A stretch of 64,000 bases of DNA from Octopus vulgaris (GCA_951406725.2 OX597828.1:248001-312000); one strand, 5' to 3'; counted from the stretch's first letter, positions 15,157 to 28,836 are shown. A program made the numbers and translations. Notes: generated from the letters alone by a model not told the origin.

Positions 15157-15389
15157 GGCGGCGATCTGGCAGACACGTTAGCACGCCGGGCGAAATGCGT
15201 AGCCGTATTTCGTCTGCCGTTACTTCTGAGTTCAAATTCCGCCGAGGTCGACTTTGCCTTTCATCCTTTCGGGATCGATAAATTAAGTACCAGTTACGCA
15301 CTGGAGTCGGTGTAATCGACTTAATCCGTTTGTCTGTCTTTGTTTGTCCCCTCTGTGTTTAGCCCCTTGTGGGTAGTAAAGAAATAGGG
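15157..15389 (+). mobile_element. tRNA-derived SINE (family A), full-length
   Basis: Head ggcggcga(g/t)ctggcaga..cgttagc with a gagttcaaattcc B-box. Near-identical to 54610-54842, and many degraded copies occur in the window. Confidence 0.88.
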
Positions 15390-15751
15390 TGTCAGATGAA
15401 ATATATCTTACGAAAAAACACAGGTAAGACTAAGTTCGATGTAACCATGCAAACACACACACACACACACGGTCCCTTTATTCAGAAGATATAAACTAAA
15501 AAAACTTCACCAATTCAGTATAAGAAGAAAACTCTTTCTCTTTGAATGTGATCAGCGTTTTAATATAGTTTGCACACCAGTTACACAATAAGCACTGGCG
15601 TGCTGGTATGGCAAGAAGTTTGTTTCCCAATCACACGGTTCAGAGTTCAGTCTCACCGCTTGGCACCTTGGGCAAGTGCTTTTTACTTTATCGTCGGACG
15701 ACCAAAGCATTGCGTGTGCAGTTGGTAGCCGGAAATTGGAGGAAGCCCTTC

Positions 15752-15856
<105 letters not shown>

Positions 15857-16692
15857 ATGTCTTAAATAATAAACCTTGCGGCATAAAAAGAAAGCTTAGG
15901 TTCACCATTCTTGAGAAACGTTTCAATAGTATATGCGGGGTGCACAGGTTCGATCCCTGATGATAACTACAACAGTAAAACACTAGCTAGATGATGACAC
16001 CAATATTGTCTGCTCAACTTTATTATCGCCATATCAATGGCCGCGTAAATCATAGGAGATTTTTCTGTCGCTCCTATATCTGAGAGCAATGAGAGCCAGC
16101 TTAGACCAAAAACAACAATAGAATTTTCTAGAAAAAGAAATACACTCAGATAAATTTTTGGTGTCGTATTATTAGTCACGTATTATTATTAATGTAACTG
16201 CGCATGCGCCAAAGCAGGTCAGGAAAATATAGGGCAACGTTACGATAACGTGTATCTCCCTTTACACGTAAGTAAGCTTCAACAGTCAGATTACACACAC
16301 GTTAATGAACAATGAGTGAATAAAGGCCGATTATCGATGAACGCTTAATAGTAAAGAGTAAAATGCATTAAAATATATTTAATTTATTTGTAATTTCTTT
16401 GAACGTGTAACTCTTTCGTATAAACTCATCGCTGTATTCCGGGGTTATTGTTTTGTTTCTTAAAAAGCAATTCCTTGATACAGTTACATAATTAAAGATA
16501 CAGTTACATAATTAAAACGGATATCGACAACATACAGACAAAACGAAATTAGACAGATTACATTTATACAGCGCTAAAACCACCTTCTTAAATGCTAAAA
16601 TAACAGTAATGGGAAAATATTACCGATTGTATCAAGAGAAGCTAACTTGCGTATAGTCTATCTATCTCTCTAGCTGTCTGTCTGTCTCTCTC

Positions 16693-16767
<75 letters not shown>

Positions 16768-16768
16768 C

Positions 16769-18201
16769 TTGTGGAAAGGATGCGTCCCGATGGTCAGGCG
16801 ATCCATTTGCTGTCAACACCCGTTAAAAGGAGGGCTGGGCATGCCGTGGTTGATGATGCGCAGACACGCGCTGAGACTGCGACATCTCTGGCTCTATGTA
16901 GACGACGGTGAACAGGTGTGGTCGCCGTTTGTGAGGCACGCTTTCCCGCAGCTCGTCTCCATGACCGAACTGCAGTCGTGGATCAAAAAGAGGCCGAGGA
17001 AGGGCGAATGGCACCGCGAGTGTCGCGTTGCTCTCAAGCAACTCTGCCGTCCTGGGTCGACCTTGAGTAACTTCAACACAACCAAAGCATTCTATAGGGG
17101 ATTAGTAGAGGGGAGGTACGACGACGAGCTCGGGGCGAACCTGGACGTCGACGAGGAGTACCTGAACCGCCTGTTCAGGACGACTTTCGGGCCAGGGCCC
17201 ATGTACAACTTCCAGAGATCCCTGGCCTGGCAGTGCTACCGAGAAGCGCTACCCGTTCGGGATAAGCTCTACAGACACGGCTCGAGAAACACGGGGCCGA
17301 CCTGCCCGAGATGCGGTCAGAGCGACGAAACCGTTCTGCACGCACTCGTGCAGTGTCCAACAATTTCCGACCTGTGGGCTTGTGTCGAACAACTGCTGTC
17401 ACGTGTGGGACGAGTCGGTTTATCAGCTGAGTCTATCGTCAATATTGTCACGCCTCCTTCCTTCAAACGGGAAGGAAGAGCTATTTTCATCATCCTTGTG
17501 GCTATGGCGAAAGAATGTATCTGGTGGACGCGTCTGAAAGGATTGGAGACAAACACTTTCCTCTCTGGTCAATCTCTCATCAACTTCTTCAAGTACCACT
17601 TGAAAAGGAAAGTGAGAGTAGAGAGGCAAGTTTTGTCTAGCGAATGTTTAAAAAAAAGATGGGTGAATGTAGCAAGGATGGCACGTATGAATGACGAAGC
17701 CACCTTGAGCATAATCCTATGAACCCAGAAATTGAAAACAGAGGGTTACCCACTTGCAAACAAATGTGGTAACATATAACAATATTGACCAAGGTTACCG
17801 TGGTCTTTTTCGTAGGCTTTTCTTCCCACGGATAAACCTTATTTGCTTTCCCCTTTACACCATATATCATAACACTGTGATACACGATCCCTATTGATCG
17901 TTCTTTTTTTCCCCTTCCCCTTTTTTTCCCCTTTTTTCTTCTTTTTTCATTTCTCTTTTCTTTTGTTCCTTTTCCTTTTCTTTTTTTCCTTTTTATTCTT
18001 TTTATTTTTTATTTTATTTATTTATTTTTATTTTATTATTTTTTTGTTCTTTTCTTCCCTTTTACGATCCCTCTTGATCGAAAACCTACGCCACCCCCCT
18101 TTTTTTCTTTTGTTTTTTTGTTTTTTTCATCCCCCAAAAGAAAAGCTCTACCTTGTAACTTGTCCCATCTGTGTGCAGCCCTGGTGGCCAATAAAGAAAC
18201 T
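16769..18201 (+). mobile_element. 5'-truncated Tx1/L1-group LINE: open ORF2 C-terminus (16769-17722) plus 3' UTR
   Basis: 317-codon uninterrupted frame containing LWKG..., PLKGGLGMP, LAWQCYREALPV and a zf-RVT motif CPRC...ETVLHALVQCP. T-rich 3' UTR with AATAAA at 18190. Both junctions lie in (TATC)n. Confidence 0.9.
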
Positions 18202-18227
18202 TATCTATCTATCTAGCTATCTATCTA

Positions 18228-18320
<93 letters not shown>

Positions 18321-18321
18321 G

Positions 18322-18356
<35 letters not shown>

Positions 18357-18395
18357 GTCTGTCTGTCTGTCTATCTATCTATCAATCTCTGTCTG

Positions 18396-18542
<147 letters not shown>

Positions 18543-18549
18543 CTGTTTG

Positions 18550-18653
<104 letters not shown>

Positions 18654-18726
18654 TCTCTGTCTGTCTATCTGTCTATCTATCTTCTTATCTCTGTCAGTCT
18701 CTCTCTCTCTCTCTCTCTCTCTCTTG

Positions 18727-18776
<50 letters not shown>

Positions 18777-18991
18777 ATCAAATATTTTGCTAAAGGCTAA
18801 AAATACTTGATACAGTCGCACTATTTTTAGTTAAACCATTAAAAGTTATTTACTCTTTAGAGTCTTACGTAAACTGGATGACAAGAACCTTTTGGAATGA
18901 AAGTTTTGTACTGTGAGTGTAAGCGCTTCCGTTTTTTAATTTTTCAAACACACGTGTTGCATACATATGTATATATATATGTGTGTGTGTG

Positions 18992-19040
<49 letters not shown>

Positions 19041-19137
19041 CCCTGCTTCCATTTCTGAGCGCCTATTAATAATAATACTGTAATTGTTCCATTGTTGTTG
19101 TTTTGTTTCCCGTTTGGATTAAAATTATATATATATA

Positions 19138-19185
<48 letters not shown>

Positions 19186-19192
19186 ATACATG

Positions 19193-19236
<44 letters not shown>

Positions 19237-19869
19237 GTATATATATATATATGTATGCATATATAAATATATATATATACGTATATATATATATGTGTGT
19301 GTGTACATGTGTTTGTATATATAATGTATGTGTGTATATATATATACACACACACACACACACATACATACACATACTCTCACACAAGTATGTGCGGGCG
19401 ATAATATTTACAACACTGGCGCTGCTTTTAATCCGTTGTAGATATAGCTATATTCTATCAGTGTGTCCATTTCTCCTTTCGTTTCAAAATTCAAGCTCAT
19501 AATTATTTTGCTTGCTTCCGACATATAACACACGTATACATATACGACAAGCATCCGCACAGTTTCCGTAAAGCGAATTCTCTCAGAGTTTTGGTCGGTT
19601 CGAGATAATAGTAGAAGACTGCTCCCTAAACGATATGATTATGAAGCAAGTAGCCTCACCTCACACCGATTTCTGCTCCTGCATAACATCCTTACTTCTT
19701 CTAGTAAGTTACTTCAGCCCACAACCCAACCACACACACACAACTTTAAGAAAATATTTGCTTCACCTTTAACCTTTTTCGTTTTGTTGTTTATTCATTG
19801 AAATATCTTTAATAAGGTTCCTGACTTTCCGTCTTTCATTTTCTTTTATTCCTTGTTAACTTTATTCGA

Positions 19870-20290
19870 TGTCGTGTGGCCTAGTGGTTACGCTCTGCTC
19901 GTCAGTGTGTTGACACTCATTTCTAGCAACACTGGTGCTGACTAGTGCCCTTAGTCACTTTGGTGACATCGATATTTCTACCCTTCGATTGTAAAAGGGG
20001 AATAAACCACCTTTACTATTTATAATTTTCACTTTTACCATTTATGAAATCAGCGTCCGATTTCTACGGCAGTCATAAACTTACAAGGCGAGTGAGCTTA
20101 ACCCTAGTAAGGGCGACTGACGAGCATTAACCAAATGCGAAATCATCGGTGATGTAGCTATGCCCCGGATATAGGGAACTTGCCTTCTTTGTCAGCCTTA
20201 AGATAAGTGCTTTCTGTGGCTATGGGTTGTCTTGAACTCACATTTCTAGCAACACTGGTGCTGACTAGTGCTCTTAATCACTTTAGTGGT
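19870..20290 (+). mobile_element. Penelope-like terminal-repeat remnant with direct repeats and a degenerate hammerhead
   Basis: Direct repeat catttctagcaacactggtgctgactagtgc at about 19918 and 20241. CTGACGA-gcatt/aatgc-GAAA-tcatcggtga-T at 20117-20153. Confidence 0.55.
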
Positions 20291-20367
20291 GTGTGTGTGT
20301 GTATGTGTTTGGTATATCAAACACTTCGTGTGATAGTTATTTGTCTATCCGCATAATTGCCTCTATA

Positions 20368-20490
<123 letters not shown>

Positions 20491-20504
20491 TAATAATAAT
20501 AATA

Positions 20505-21041
20505 GGCAGAGGCTCTCATGGCTTCTGATCTTAACTGATTGGAAGTGTTATCATGTACATTGTTCTGTCTTGGTATAAAAGATGGGCTACAGCAAATATT
20601 CTGCTCAATACCACAGATTTGCTTGTCAGTTGTTTGACCGTAACCAGTTGAGCATGTCCCTTAGTGGCTGACGATATGTGCATCTCTGATCACGAGCAGA
20701 AGTAGTGGGGGAGCATCATAGCCATGTGTTGAGAGGGATTCTTTGGGGTTTGAATAATTCACCTCTGGAGACATGGGTGGGTTTTTCAACATCCTTAAAC
20801 AACCCTTATTCAGGGACCGTTTGAGCGGGATGGGCTACTCAACCTGAAGAAAATTCGAACTGGGCCCCTCCTGCAAGGTCATGTGCAGTTTATCTTGATA
20901 TGAGATCACCATGCCGCGCACATATGGTTGTGATGCATGTGCCTGGTGTGCCCTTATCAGACGGGTAGTCATGATGGGTATATTGGGCTTCGTATATTTT
21001 ACCCCAGTGTCACTTTGATGGCATGAACTGCTCTCTCACTC
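20505..21041 (+). mobile_element. Dispersed non-LTR retroelement 3' end flanked by (TAA)n (copy 1)
   Basis: Homologous to the minus-strand copies at 22668-23054 and 31586-32122. All three end in ...ctctcactc followed by (AAT)n. Confidence 0.8.
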
Positions 21042-21082
<41 letters not shown>

Positions 21083-21179
21083 GCACTGCTTGGAACCACT
21101 CGAAAACTCCGGATGGTGCTTGAAAAATAAAGGGTGTTACCTTAGTTCACTGGTGGTGAACAGCTGGCACCGTAAGACA

Positions 21180-21800
21180 GTATTTTCATTGGGAAATATG
21201 TAAACACTACAAAATCAGCCCTCCAGCTTACTGGTATGAACACCATCCTGAGCCAGTCATTGAAGCTAAAAATGTCACTCTCCTCTGGGATTTTCCAGTC
21301 AGCAGCAGCACAACGGTCCAGGCTAATCTACCAGACTTAATCAATAAAGACAAGGTGTTGAAAATACTTGCAGACTAATAGATGTAAGTGTCCCCACTGA
21401 TAAATATATATTTGTAAAGGAATTTGACAAATTAAGTAAATATAAGGACCTGGGAATTAAAATACAAAAGATGTGGCATCCTAAAGCGAGAACTGTTCAT
21501 GTTATTGTCGGTGCCCTATGTATGATAAGAAAGGGATGTCAGAAGCATTTAGATAAAATCCCAGGAGAACCATGTCTCAGGGATATCCAAAAGATTGTAC
21601 TGACAAGTACTGCCTACATCTTTAGAAAAACCCTTTCCTTTTAAATGACTGTGTTGTATTACATGAAGATATTTCACTACTGCCCCTCCCCAACCTTTCA
21701 GCCATACTGCAACATCTCTTATCCTTCACTCGCCCCAGGATGCTGGGTGTGTGTCTCGGCAAGTGACTGTTACAAACATGCAGATTACAAGTAAAACAAC
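21180..21800 (+). mobile_element. R4/Dong-like LINE 3' fragment (restriction-like endonuclease domain), degraded
   Basis: Translates to PDL...IDVSVPTDKYIFVKEFDKLSKYKDLGIKIQKMWHPKARTVHVIVGAL...IPGEPCLRDIQKIVLTSTAY. Followed by (CAA)n(TAA)n. Confidence 0.85.
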
Positions 21801-21809
21801 AACAACAAC

Positions 21810-21857
<48 letters not shown>

Positions 21858-21859
21858 CA

Positions 21860-22270
21860 GATGCTAGAGCATAACTGACCGGACCTAGTGGTGGTCGACA
21901 ATGTGCACCACATATGCTACATAGCTGATGTTGCATGTCCCTTTGACTCACGAATAGAAGGAAGGTGAAAAGATAGATACAACCCTCTTAAGTACGAAGT
22001 AGACCGGATACAGAAAATGACGGTGAAAATAGTGCCAATTATTGTTGGGTCCTTGAGATCAGTATCAGAAGGCATCAAGAGGAATATAAAGGAAATTGGA
22101 ATAGAGTGCCTAGCAGAACTGCTACAAAAGGTTTGCTTCGTTTGGCACGGATAGAATAATCAGCAAAGTATTAAAAAGCTGAAAAGAGCGAATAGCATGT
22201 TGCCGTAGGCCGCAGGTAGTAAGCCCGCTACTCATGCAAGACTCCAGGAGCTCCAACAACCCGTGATAAA

Positions 22271-22276
<6 letters not shown>
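21860..22276 (+). mobile_element. Second R4/Dong-like LINE 3' fragment, different subfamily
   Basis: Translates to PDLVVVD...IADVACPFDSRIE...KIVPIIVGSL...ELLQKVC with frameshifts. Flanked on both sides by (TAA)n. Confidence 0.8.
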
Positions 22277-22341
<65 letters not shown>

Positions 22342-22343
22342 TA

Positions 22344-22435
<92 letters not shown>

Positions 22436-22667
22436 GGCGGTGAGTTGGCTGAATCATTAGCATGCCAGACAAAATACTTAGCGGCATTTCATCCGTCTTT
22501 ACGATCTGAGTTCAAATTCCATTACGTTTAGAGTTCAAATTCCGCCGTGGTCGACTTTGCCTTTCCGGGTCTATAAAATAAAGACCAGTTGAACACTGGA
22601 ATCGACTTCCGTTCTCCCCGAACTTGTTGGCCTTGCGCCAAAATTTGAAACCATTATTATTATTATT

Positions 22668-23054
22668 GAGTGAGAGAGCGGTGCATGCCATCAAAGTGAC
22701 ACTGGGGTACAAATACATGAAGCCCATTATACCCATCACGACAACCCGTCTAATAAGTGTACACCAGGGATATATACCGCAACCATATGCGCGCGATATA
22801 GTGATTTCATATCAAGATAAACAGCGCATGATCTTGCAAGTGGAGCTCAGTTAGAATTTTCTTCAAGTGGAGTAGCCCATCCTGCTCAACAAGTCCCTGA
22901 ATAAGGGTTGTTTAAGGATGTTGAACGAAACACCCATGCTTCCAGAGGTGATTTAACCAAACCCCAAAGAATTCCTCTCAGTACATAGCTATGATGTTTC
23001 CCCACTACTTCTGCTCATGATCAGAGATGCGCATATCATTAGCCACTAAGGGAC
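22668..23054 (-). mobile_element. (TAA)n-tailed retroelement 3' end (copy 2)
   Basis: Reverse-complement homolog of 20655-21041. Confidence 0.8.
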
Positions 23055-23876
23055 AGTGGCAGACTCATTTGAGCGTCGAACCAAACATTCGTTCCAGCTC
23101 TTTACATTCTGAGTTCAGATCTCTGCTGGGTCATCCTAGTTTTTCATCTCTCCTGGGCCGATAAAATCTATCAATTACAGGGGTACTTGCATTGGACCAA
23201 TCTCCTTCCTCTAAAATTGATAGCCTCTGCCAAAATTTGAAACCACCATTATAACTAAAAGGGAGACCTCACGAAGGCGGTCTTTCTACTAATCGTTAAA
23301 TATTTACACATTTGATTCCCAGTTCGTGTTATTTTTCTTTTTCGTTTAATTTTTCTTTGTTTCATTTATTCGTATAATAGTATTCACTCACTCAAAGATT
23401 TCTTTCGTCATTTTATCGCAGCCTTAATCTGTCTTTTTTTTAAACAAACCCAAATTCAATTCATCTTCTACATTACTGCTTATTATGCTCGAAATAGCAG
23501 ACATCAGGTGGGTATATTCTAAGGTGTATAACATACAAATCTACGTATGATTTTCTTTTTCAAATTACGACGGTGTAAACATTTCAGATTTACCACACCA
23601 CATCTTCAACCGACCTCCAGGTAATTTGAAATCAGTTCAGATTAAGGAAGCTGCGGATACTAGTGTGAAATTGATTTCATCCAGAGCCCTTACGATTTCA
23701 GATTCCTCCCTTAAACCCAGGTCCTTTCCCAAATGTTCGTCACCTTGGAGGCAAATAAAGTGTATTCTCTCTATATATATATATCTATTCATCATATGAA
23801 CTACGACAACCCAAACTGGAGGTTACAGCAAAATAATTAGCTGTCGGAGATGACATAAAGAAAGAAGAGAAAAAGG

Positions 23877-23913
<37 letters not shown>

Positions 23914-24035
23914 CGAAAGAAGAGAGAAAGACATCAAACAAATCTTGCATTTAAGTTTTTCAAAACTGCTTTCAGTGAATAAAAATCAATCTTAAAGACC
24001 ACATTTTGATAAAAAATATATTAAAATGTATAAGC

Positions 24036-24118
24036 CAGTGGTTCCCAAACAGGGGTCCAGGGACTCCTAGTAGTCCGCAAGAGTAGTACTTGGGATCTGT
24101 GAATAAAATTCAAAATTT

Positions 24119-24190
<72 letters not shown>

Positions 24191-24259
24191 GATAAGCATA
24201 TTAAGAGGGGGTCCGTGAGAAAACTCATTTAAATAAAAGGGTTGAGAATCCGGCCACTT
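24036..24259. mobile_element. hAT-type MITE with internal microsatellite
   Basis: Starts cagtggttcccaa and ends ttgagaatccggccac (degenerate TIR), with internal ggggtcc motifs typical of hAT MITEs. Confidence 0.55.
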
Positions 24260-25460
24260 TAAGGATTGCTTTCTTCAAGTAAAATTTCATTACTCCAACT
24301 AATTAATCGGCAACCTTCTCCATTATGGAATAGATTCTCCATTATAGAATAGATTATGAGTTATGAAAGGGTGGTGGGTTGGCAGAATCGGTTGAGCATC
24401 AGACGACATGCTTTGCGGTATTTAGTTCAAATACTGCTGAGTTCAAATTCACCTTTCACTCCTCCTGGGTCGATGCCAGCCAAGTACAGGATAGATGTAA
24501 TCGACTACTGCCATCCTCAAATCTTGCTGGGTTTGTGCCTAAATTAGAAATAATTACTCAAGGTGAACAACTGGCGGGATTATTAGAAGAGTGGTATCCT
24601 AATCAGGGTCTTTGGGAACTGAGTTCAAATCCTCCTGTAATCGACTTTGCCCTTCATCTTTTCGAGGCCGATAAAACAGAGTACCAGTCGAGTGCTGGGC
24701 TAGCGGGTGTCGACTAATCCTTTCCTTTAATTTCAGCAATTCTTCTTCTTCTTCTTCTTCTTCTTCTTCTTCTTCTTCTTCTTCTTCTTCTTCTTCTTCT
24801 TCTTCTTCTTCTTCTTCTTCTTCTTCTTCTTCTTCTTCTTCTTCTTCTTCTTCTTCTTCTTCTTCTTCTTCTTCTTCTTCTTCTTCTTCTTCTTCTTCTT
24901 CTTCTTCCTTCTTTGTTTCTTTGTTTCTTTGTTTCTTTGTTTGTTTGTTTGTTTCTTTGTGGTTAAGGTGTTGCACTCACGATCGTTAATCGGGTAGTGC
25001 GTTGTTATTGAGTAAAACATTTAATTTCCACTTTGCTCCAGTCCATTCAGCTGTAAATGAGTTCCAGAAATACCTGGGGAAATTAACTCTGCGTGGGACT
25101 GGCGTCCCATCCAGTGTGAGGCAGTTTTGTAATCTCAGTCATTTACATGCCATAGAAACCGGCTTATGTGTCCTGGGACACATGACAAGACCTAAGTCTA
25201 TGTCTAAGTCCTTTATCATCCTGTCTCCTCCTCCTTAAATGCTTTTGAAATAATATTTTATAAATATTTAAATATTTAAATATAAATGTTTCATTTATTT
25301 TGTTTTTATAAAATTTATTTACTGATTAATTTTTTTAAAATATTTTTATTTTTATTTACTGATTATTTTTATTTTCTATTTATTTTTATTTTCCTTTTTC
25401 TTCTTCTTCGACGACTCCTCTTCCCGAATCCTCCATGCTCTTCGTCCTCTTCCATGGCAG

Positions 25461-25516
25461 AATTCCTTGACAGATCTTCTCAACAAAATGAGCTCCGCCG
25501 ACCCACATTTTATCAG
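25461..25516 (+). CDS. Myosin motor-domain gene, internal exon B (NSLTDLLNKMSSADPHFIR)
   Basis: Pyrimidine tract + cAG acceptor, GTAAAT donor at 25517. 56 nt = 18 codons + 2 nt. Matches the myosin SLxxLxxxxxxxxPHF(I/V)R motif. Confidence 0.95.
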
Positions 25517-26372
25517 GTAAATACAGAGTTCTTTATGTTGTTGTTGTTGCTACTTCATCTTAAACAAAAAATCTGGTGCTTTTTGTTATTGTTGTTGTTT
25601 TTAAACCCCAGGCCAGCCCTAATCTAACAAATGTACAATCAAAGATGTTCCAGCAGTGGATATATCTTCTAGTTTTCATCAGCTATAGTGTATCTAAGAC
25701 TACATTATCTAATTATCTGGAATCAGAGATGTTACATTTGTAACCATCCGGTCTTTTATGATAGGCAAAGTATGCCTCGGACTACATTTTCTAATAGATC
25801 CTTCCTTCTGTGTTGTTTGACCCTATGTCAGCCCTAGTCCAGTTAATCGATGATCAGATATGTCCCAGTCACAACCATCCTGTTCGTCTATGCTAACGAT
25901 TCTGCCAGCTCGCCGCCTTGCATGAGGAAATATTTCAACATCGTAGCTAAACTCTCTTTAAAAGACTCCAGACTAAACCTAGTGAAAAAACAAAACTGAG
26001 CAAAATCCCTCTTCATTTGATAATTCTTTTTAAAATTCAGTCAAATTATACACTTTTCAGAAAAGTTGCCAGAATGAATATATTTATTATTTCAGTAAAA
26101 TATTTCACGAAATGCTAAATAAATTTGACAACGTGTGAACAAAGCGGATATTTCGTCACATGGTAACTTGTATTTCAAGTTAAACAAATAAAAACATTCT
26201 AATAAAATTCCAATAAAATGAATAAGAAGTATAAACAAAATTCTTTCGATTATATTCACTTGCTAATGAATCATTTTTGTTTCTTTTATTCGCGAATTTA
26301 ACTGGGTGGTCCATGGTTAATGCGTTTCGGGACTTGGACGGATCGGGTCATGGCACGCAAAGACGACAGGTG

Positions 26373-26404
<32 letters not shown>

Positions 26405-27038
26405 CAGTCTGTGTGAACACAAACTTATACACACACACACATACACACATACACATACACACATACACACATACATACACACATACATACATACATACAT
26501 AATACATACATACATACATACATACATACATACATACATACACACACGCATACATACATACACACATACACACACACACACATGCATACACACACGCACT
26601 CGCGCACACCCACATATTAAGCCATCCCATAAATATTGCGGTTTTTTCAATTGCGTGAACTAGAAGTCGGAATTGGGTGGAATAAACAATTTGCAACAAC
26701 TTGCTATAAAAGCAGGTAGTAATGTTTACCTTGTACTTATTCTTAGTGTACGTTTTGAAAAGTACAGTTCTATTTCAACAGTTAATTCAAACCTATAATG
26801 GAAGCGACAAAGGAGCATATTCGGCATATTTTGTTTTGGGTTCAATAAAGGCAACAACGCAACGGAAAATGCGAGGAATATTAATTCAGCATATGGGGAT
26901 CGGACAATAAGCGTAAGCCAATGTCAACGGTGGGTTCCAGAAACTCTGTTTGTGTGTGTGTAAAATTCAAGTTATCATCATCTATTAAAATAATGATAAA
27001 GTGGTCAGCAAACATTATTCAAATAAGCAAAATATATA

Positions 27039-27103
27039 TCTATAAATATAAAACTGAGAATATCTGTCTGTCTGCCACGGACAACGCCGGGTATCTCTGC
27101 TAG
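27039..27103 (+). mobile_element. Minimal (65 bp) non-autonomous Helitron-like element
   Basis: A|TCTATAAATATAAAACTGAG...cggacaacgccggg...CTGCTAG|T. Both termini resemble the longer element at 51108-51557. Confidence 0.65.
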
Positions 27104-27287
27104 TATATATATATGTATATGTCAGGGTACGATAAATACCTGTTTGCTTCAAAGAGGTGTTAAAAATCCCCCAAACCACTCATCTCTCATTATATGTAAA
27201 CACACACAGAGAATACAGTGAATATGTCTCTCCGAATTAGTCCTCCTATTTGTAAGATACATAGAGTAAATTACAAATGACAGACAT

Positions 27288-27347
27288 TCTGGTATCAACT
27301 GATTTCGCCTTCTGTGTTGAAGCGACACTTAAGGCTCATCAGCCAGA
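27288..27347 (-). ncRNA. Minimal hammerhead ribozyme motif (left arm of palindrome 27248-27558)
   Basis: Minus strand reads tctgg-CTGATGA-gcctt...aaggc-GAAA-tcagttga-TA-ccaga. Confidence 0.75.
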
Positions 27348-27458
27348 CATAAATTTATACCTGCTCAATAACGTTTGATTGAAAGTCGCGGGGGCCTTCA
27401 GTTGAAAAACGCCAACGGACAGGTAAATACGTTTTTCTGAAATAGTTTATGTAGTAAG

Positions 27459-27518
27459 TCTGGCTGATGAGCCATAAGTGTCGCTTCAACACAGAAGGCG
27501 AAATCAATTGATACCAGA
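27459..27518 (+). ncRNA. Minimal hammerhead ribozyme motif (right arm of palindrome 27248-27558)
   Basis: Stem I tctgg/ccaga, core CTGATGA at 27464-27470, stem II gcc/ggc, GAAA at 27500-27503, palindromic stem III tcaattga. Predicted cleavage after AUA at 27513. Confidence 0.8.
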
Positions 27519-27559
27519 ATGTCTGTTATTTGTATTTCACTCTGTGTATCTTACAAATA

Positions 27560-28080
27560 TCATTTGGATACTATTGGTGGAATATTTTCCACGTGGTGCA
27601 AATAATGTATCGTTCACGGCGGCGTTGCAGAGAATAGAGCTTCAGCTGTTTAAGTCGAGCCCAATAATGAAGACCCATTATGCTATTTATTTTTTGTGAT
27701 TGGTCTTTGTGGTGCTTCGATCCTCTTTATATCTTGTTTTTCGTAGGGGAACCATAATAGGCAGCAGTATTCGAGGTGGGGCCTAGCGAATGTGGAGAAG
27801 AGAAGGATGATGGTTTCATGGTCCCTAGATTAGAAAGTTCTGAGGATCCATGAGTACATTCTGTGGGCTATATCGAATTTTTTTGTTGATGTGCACACTT
27901 CACCTAGGGTTGCTGTCGACAGTTACGCCTAAGTCTCTGATTTAATCCGACGGTACTGTATATGGTTGTTTGAGTGCCCACTCTTCCAAAGTCGATGAAC
28001 TCAAATTTTTCTTCGTTCGACTGCATATTGTTTTTTTTGTGTCCACTGGGTTACTGTGCATAGGTCCGATTGAAACATTG
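27560..28080 (-). mobile_element. CR1/L2-group LINE reverse-transcriptase C-terminal fragment, degraded
   Basis: Minus strand reads IRDLGVTVDS...SWILRTF*SRD...RPHLEYCCLLWFPY...RIEAPQR...YWARLKQLKLYSLQRRRERY, with stops and frameshifts. Confidence 0.85.
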
Positions 28081-28736
28081 TTCGATCACACGGACCAGGT
28101 TTTCTGGTAATGCCCAGAAATTCGGATCCGTGTGTATAGGACGGTCTTCTTTCAGTTTCCGTCTACCGGTTTGATAGACAGAAACTGAAAGAAGACCGGA
28201 TTTCTGGATAATACTAGAAATCCTGGTCTGTGTGTTTCACGTCGGGCTGGAAATACTAATAGGGCACAGAAAGTGTGTCAATAGCCAGCTGGAGGAGGTG
28301 TCCCCACAAGGCTTTGGTGGGGCCGAAGCTATAGAAGACACTCGCCCAAGATGCCACGCAGTGGGATTGAAACAGGAACCGTGTGGTCGGGAAGCAAGCT
28401 TCTTACCACACAGCCAAGTCTGCACGTATAGACTAGGGAAAAAAATTTTTTTTTTCAAAGTTTCAAGTTAGGGAAAGGAAACAACTACAACTAGATTAAG
28501 AATAGGATGCTTCCCTCACATTTTATTGAAAGAAGTTTTAAATTGCTTTTACAAATTCAATTTTTATAAAATGTGCAGGATTTTCAATTGAATGGGAATA
28601 AATGAACATTTTAAAAAATATAACCGTGCAAATGTAACATTCACAAACACCATAGAATCAAACAAACGCACACACACACACGCATACACACATACACACA
28701 TACACATGTATACATATATCATATATGTGTGGGTAC

Positions 28737-28772
<36 letters not shown>

Positions 28773-28836
28773 GGATCCGGGTGTCTGGTTAATACCAGAA
28801 ATCTTGGTCCGTGTGTTTGACGTCAGGCTGGAAATA

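Noticed and set aside
15957-15975. Isolated CTGATGA (also at about 63816)
   Set aside because: No downstream stem II/GAAA/NUH arrangement. Chance heptamer.
23589-23760. AG/GT-bounded segment and short open frame (GNLKSVQIKE...)
   Set aside because: It lies between exons A and B, which already join into a contiguous conserved motif (YFR-NSL). There is no room for it.
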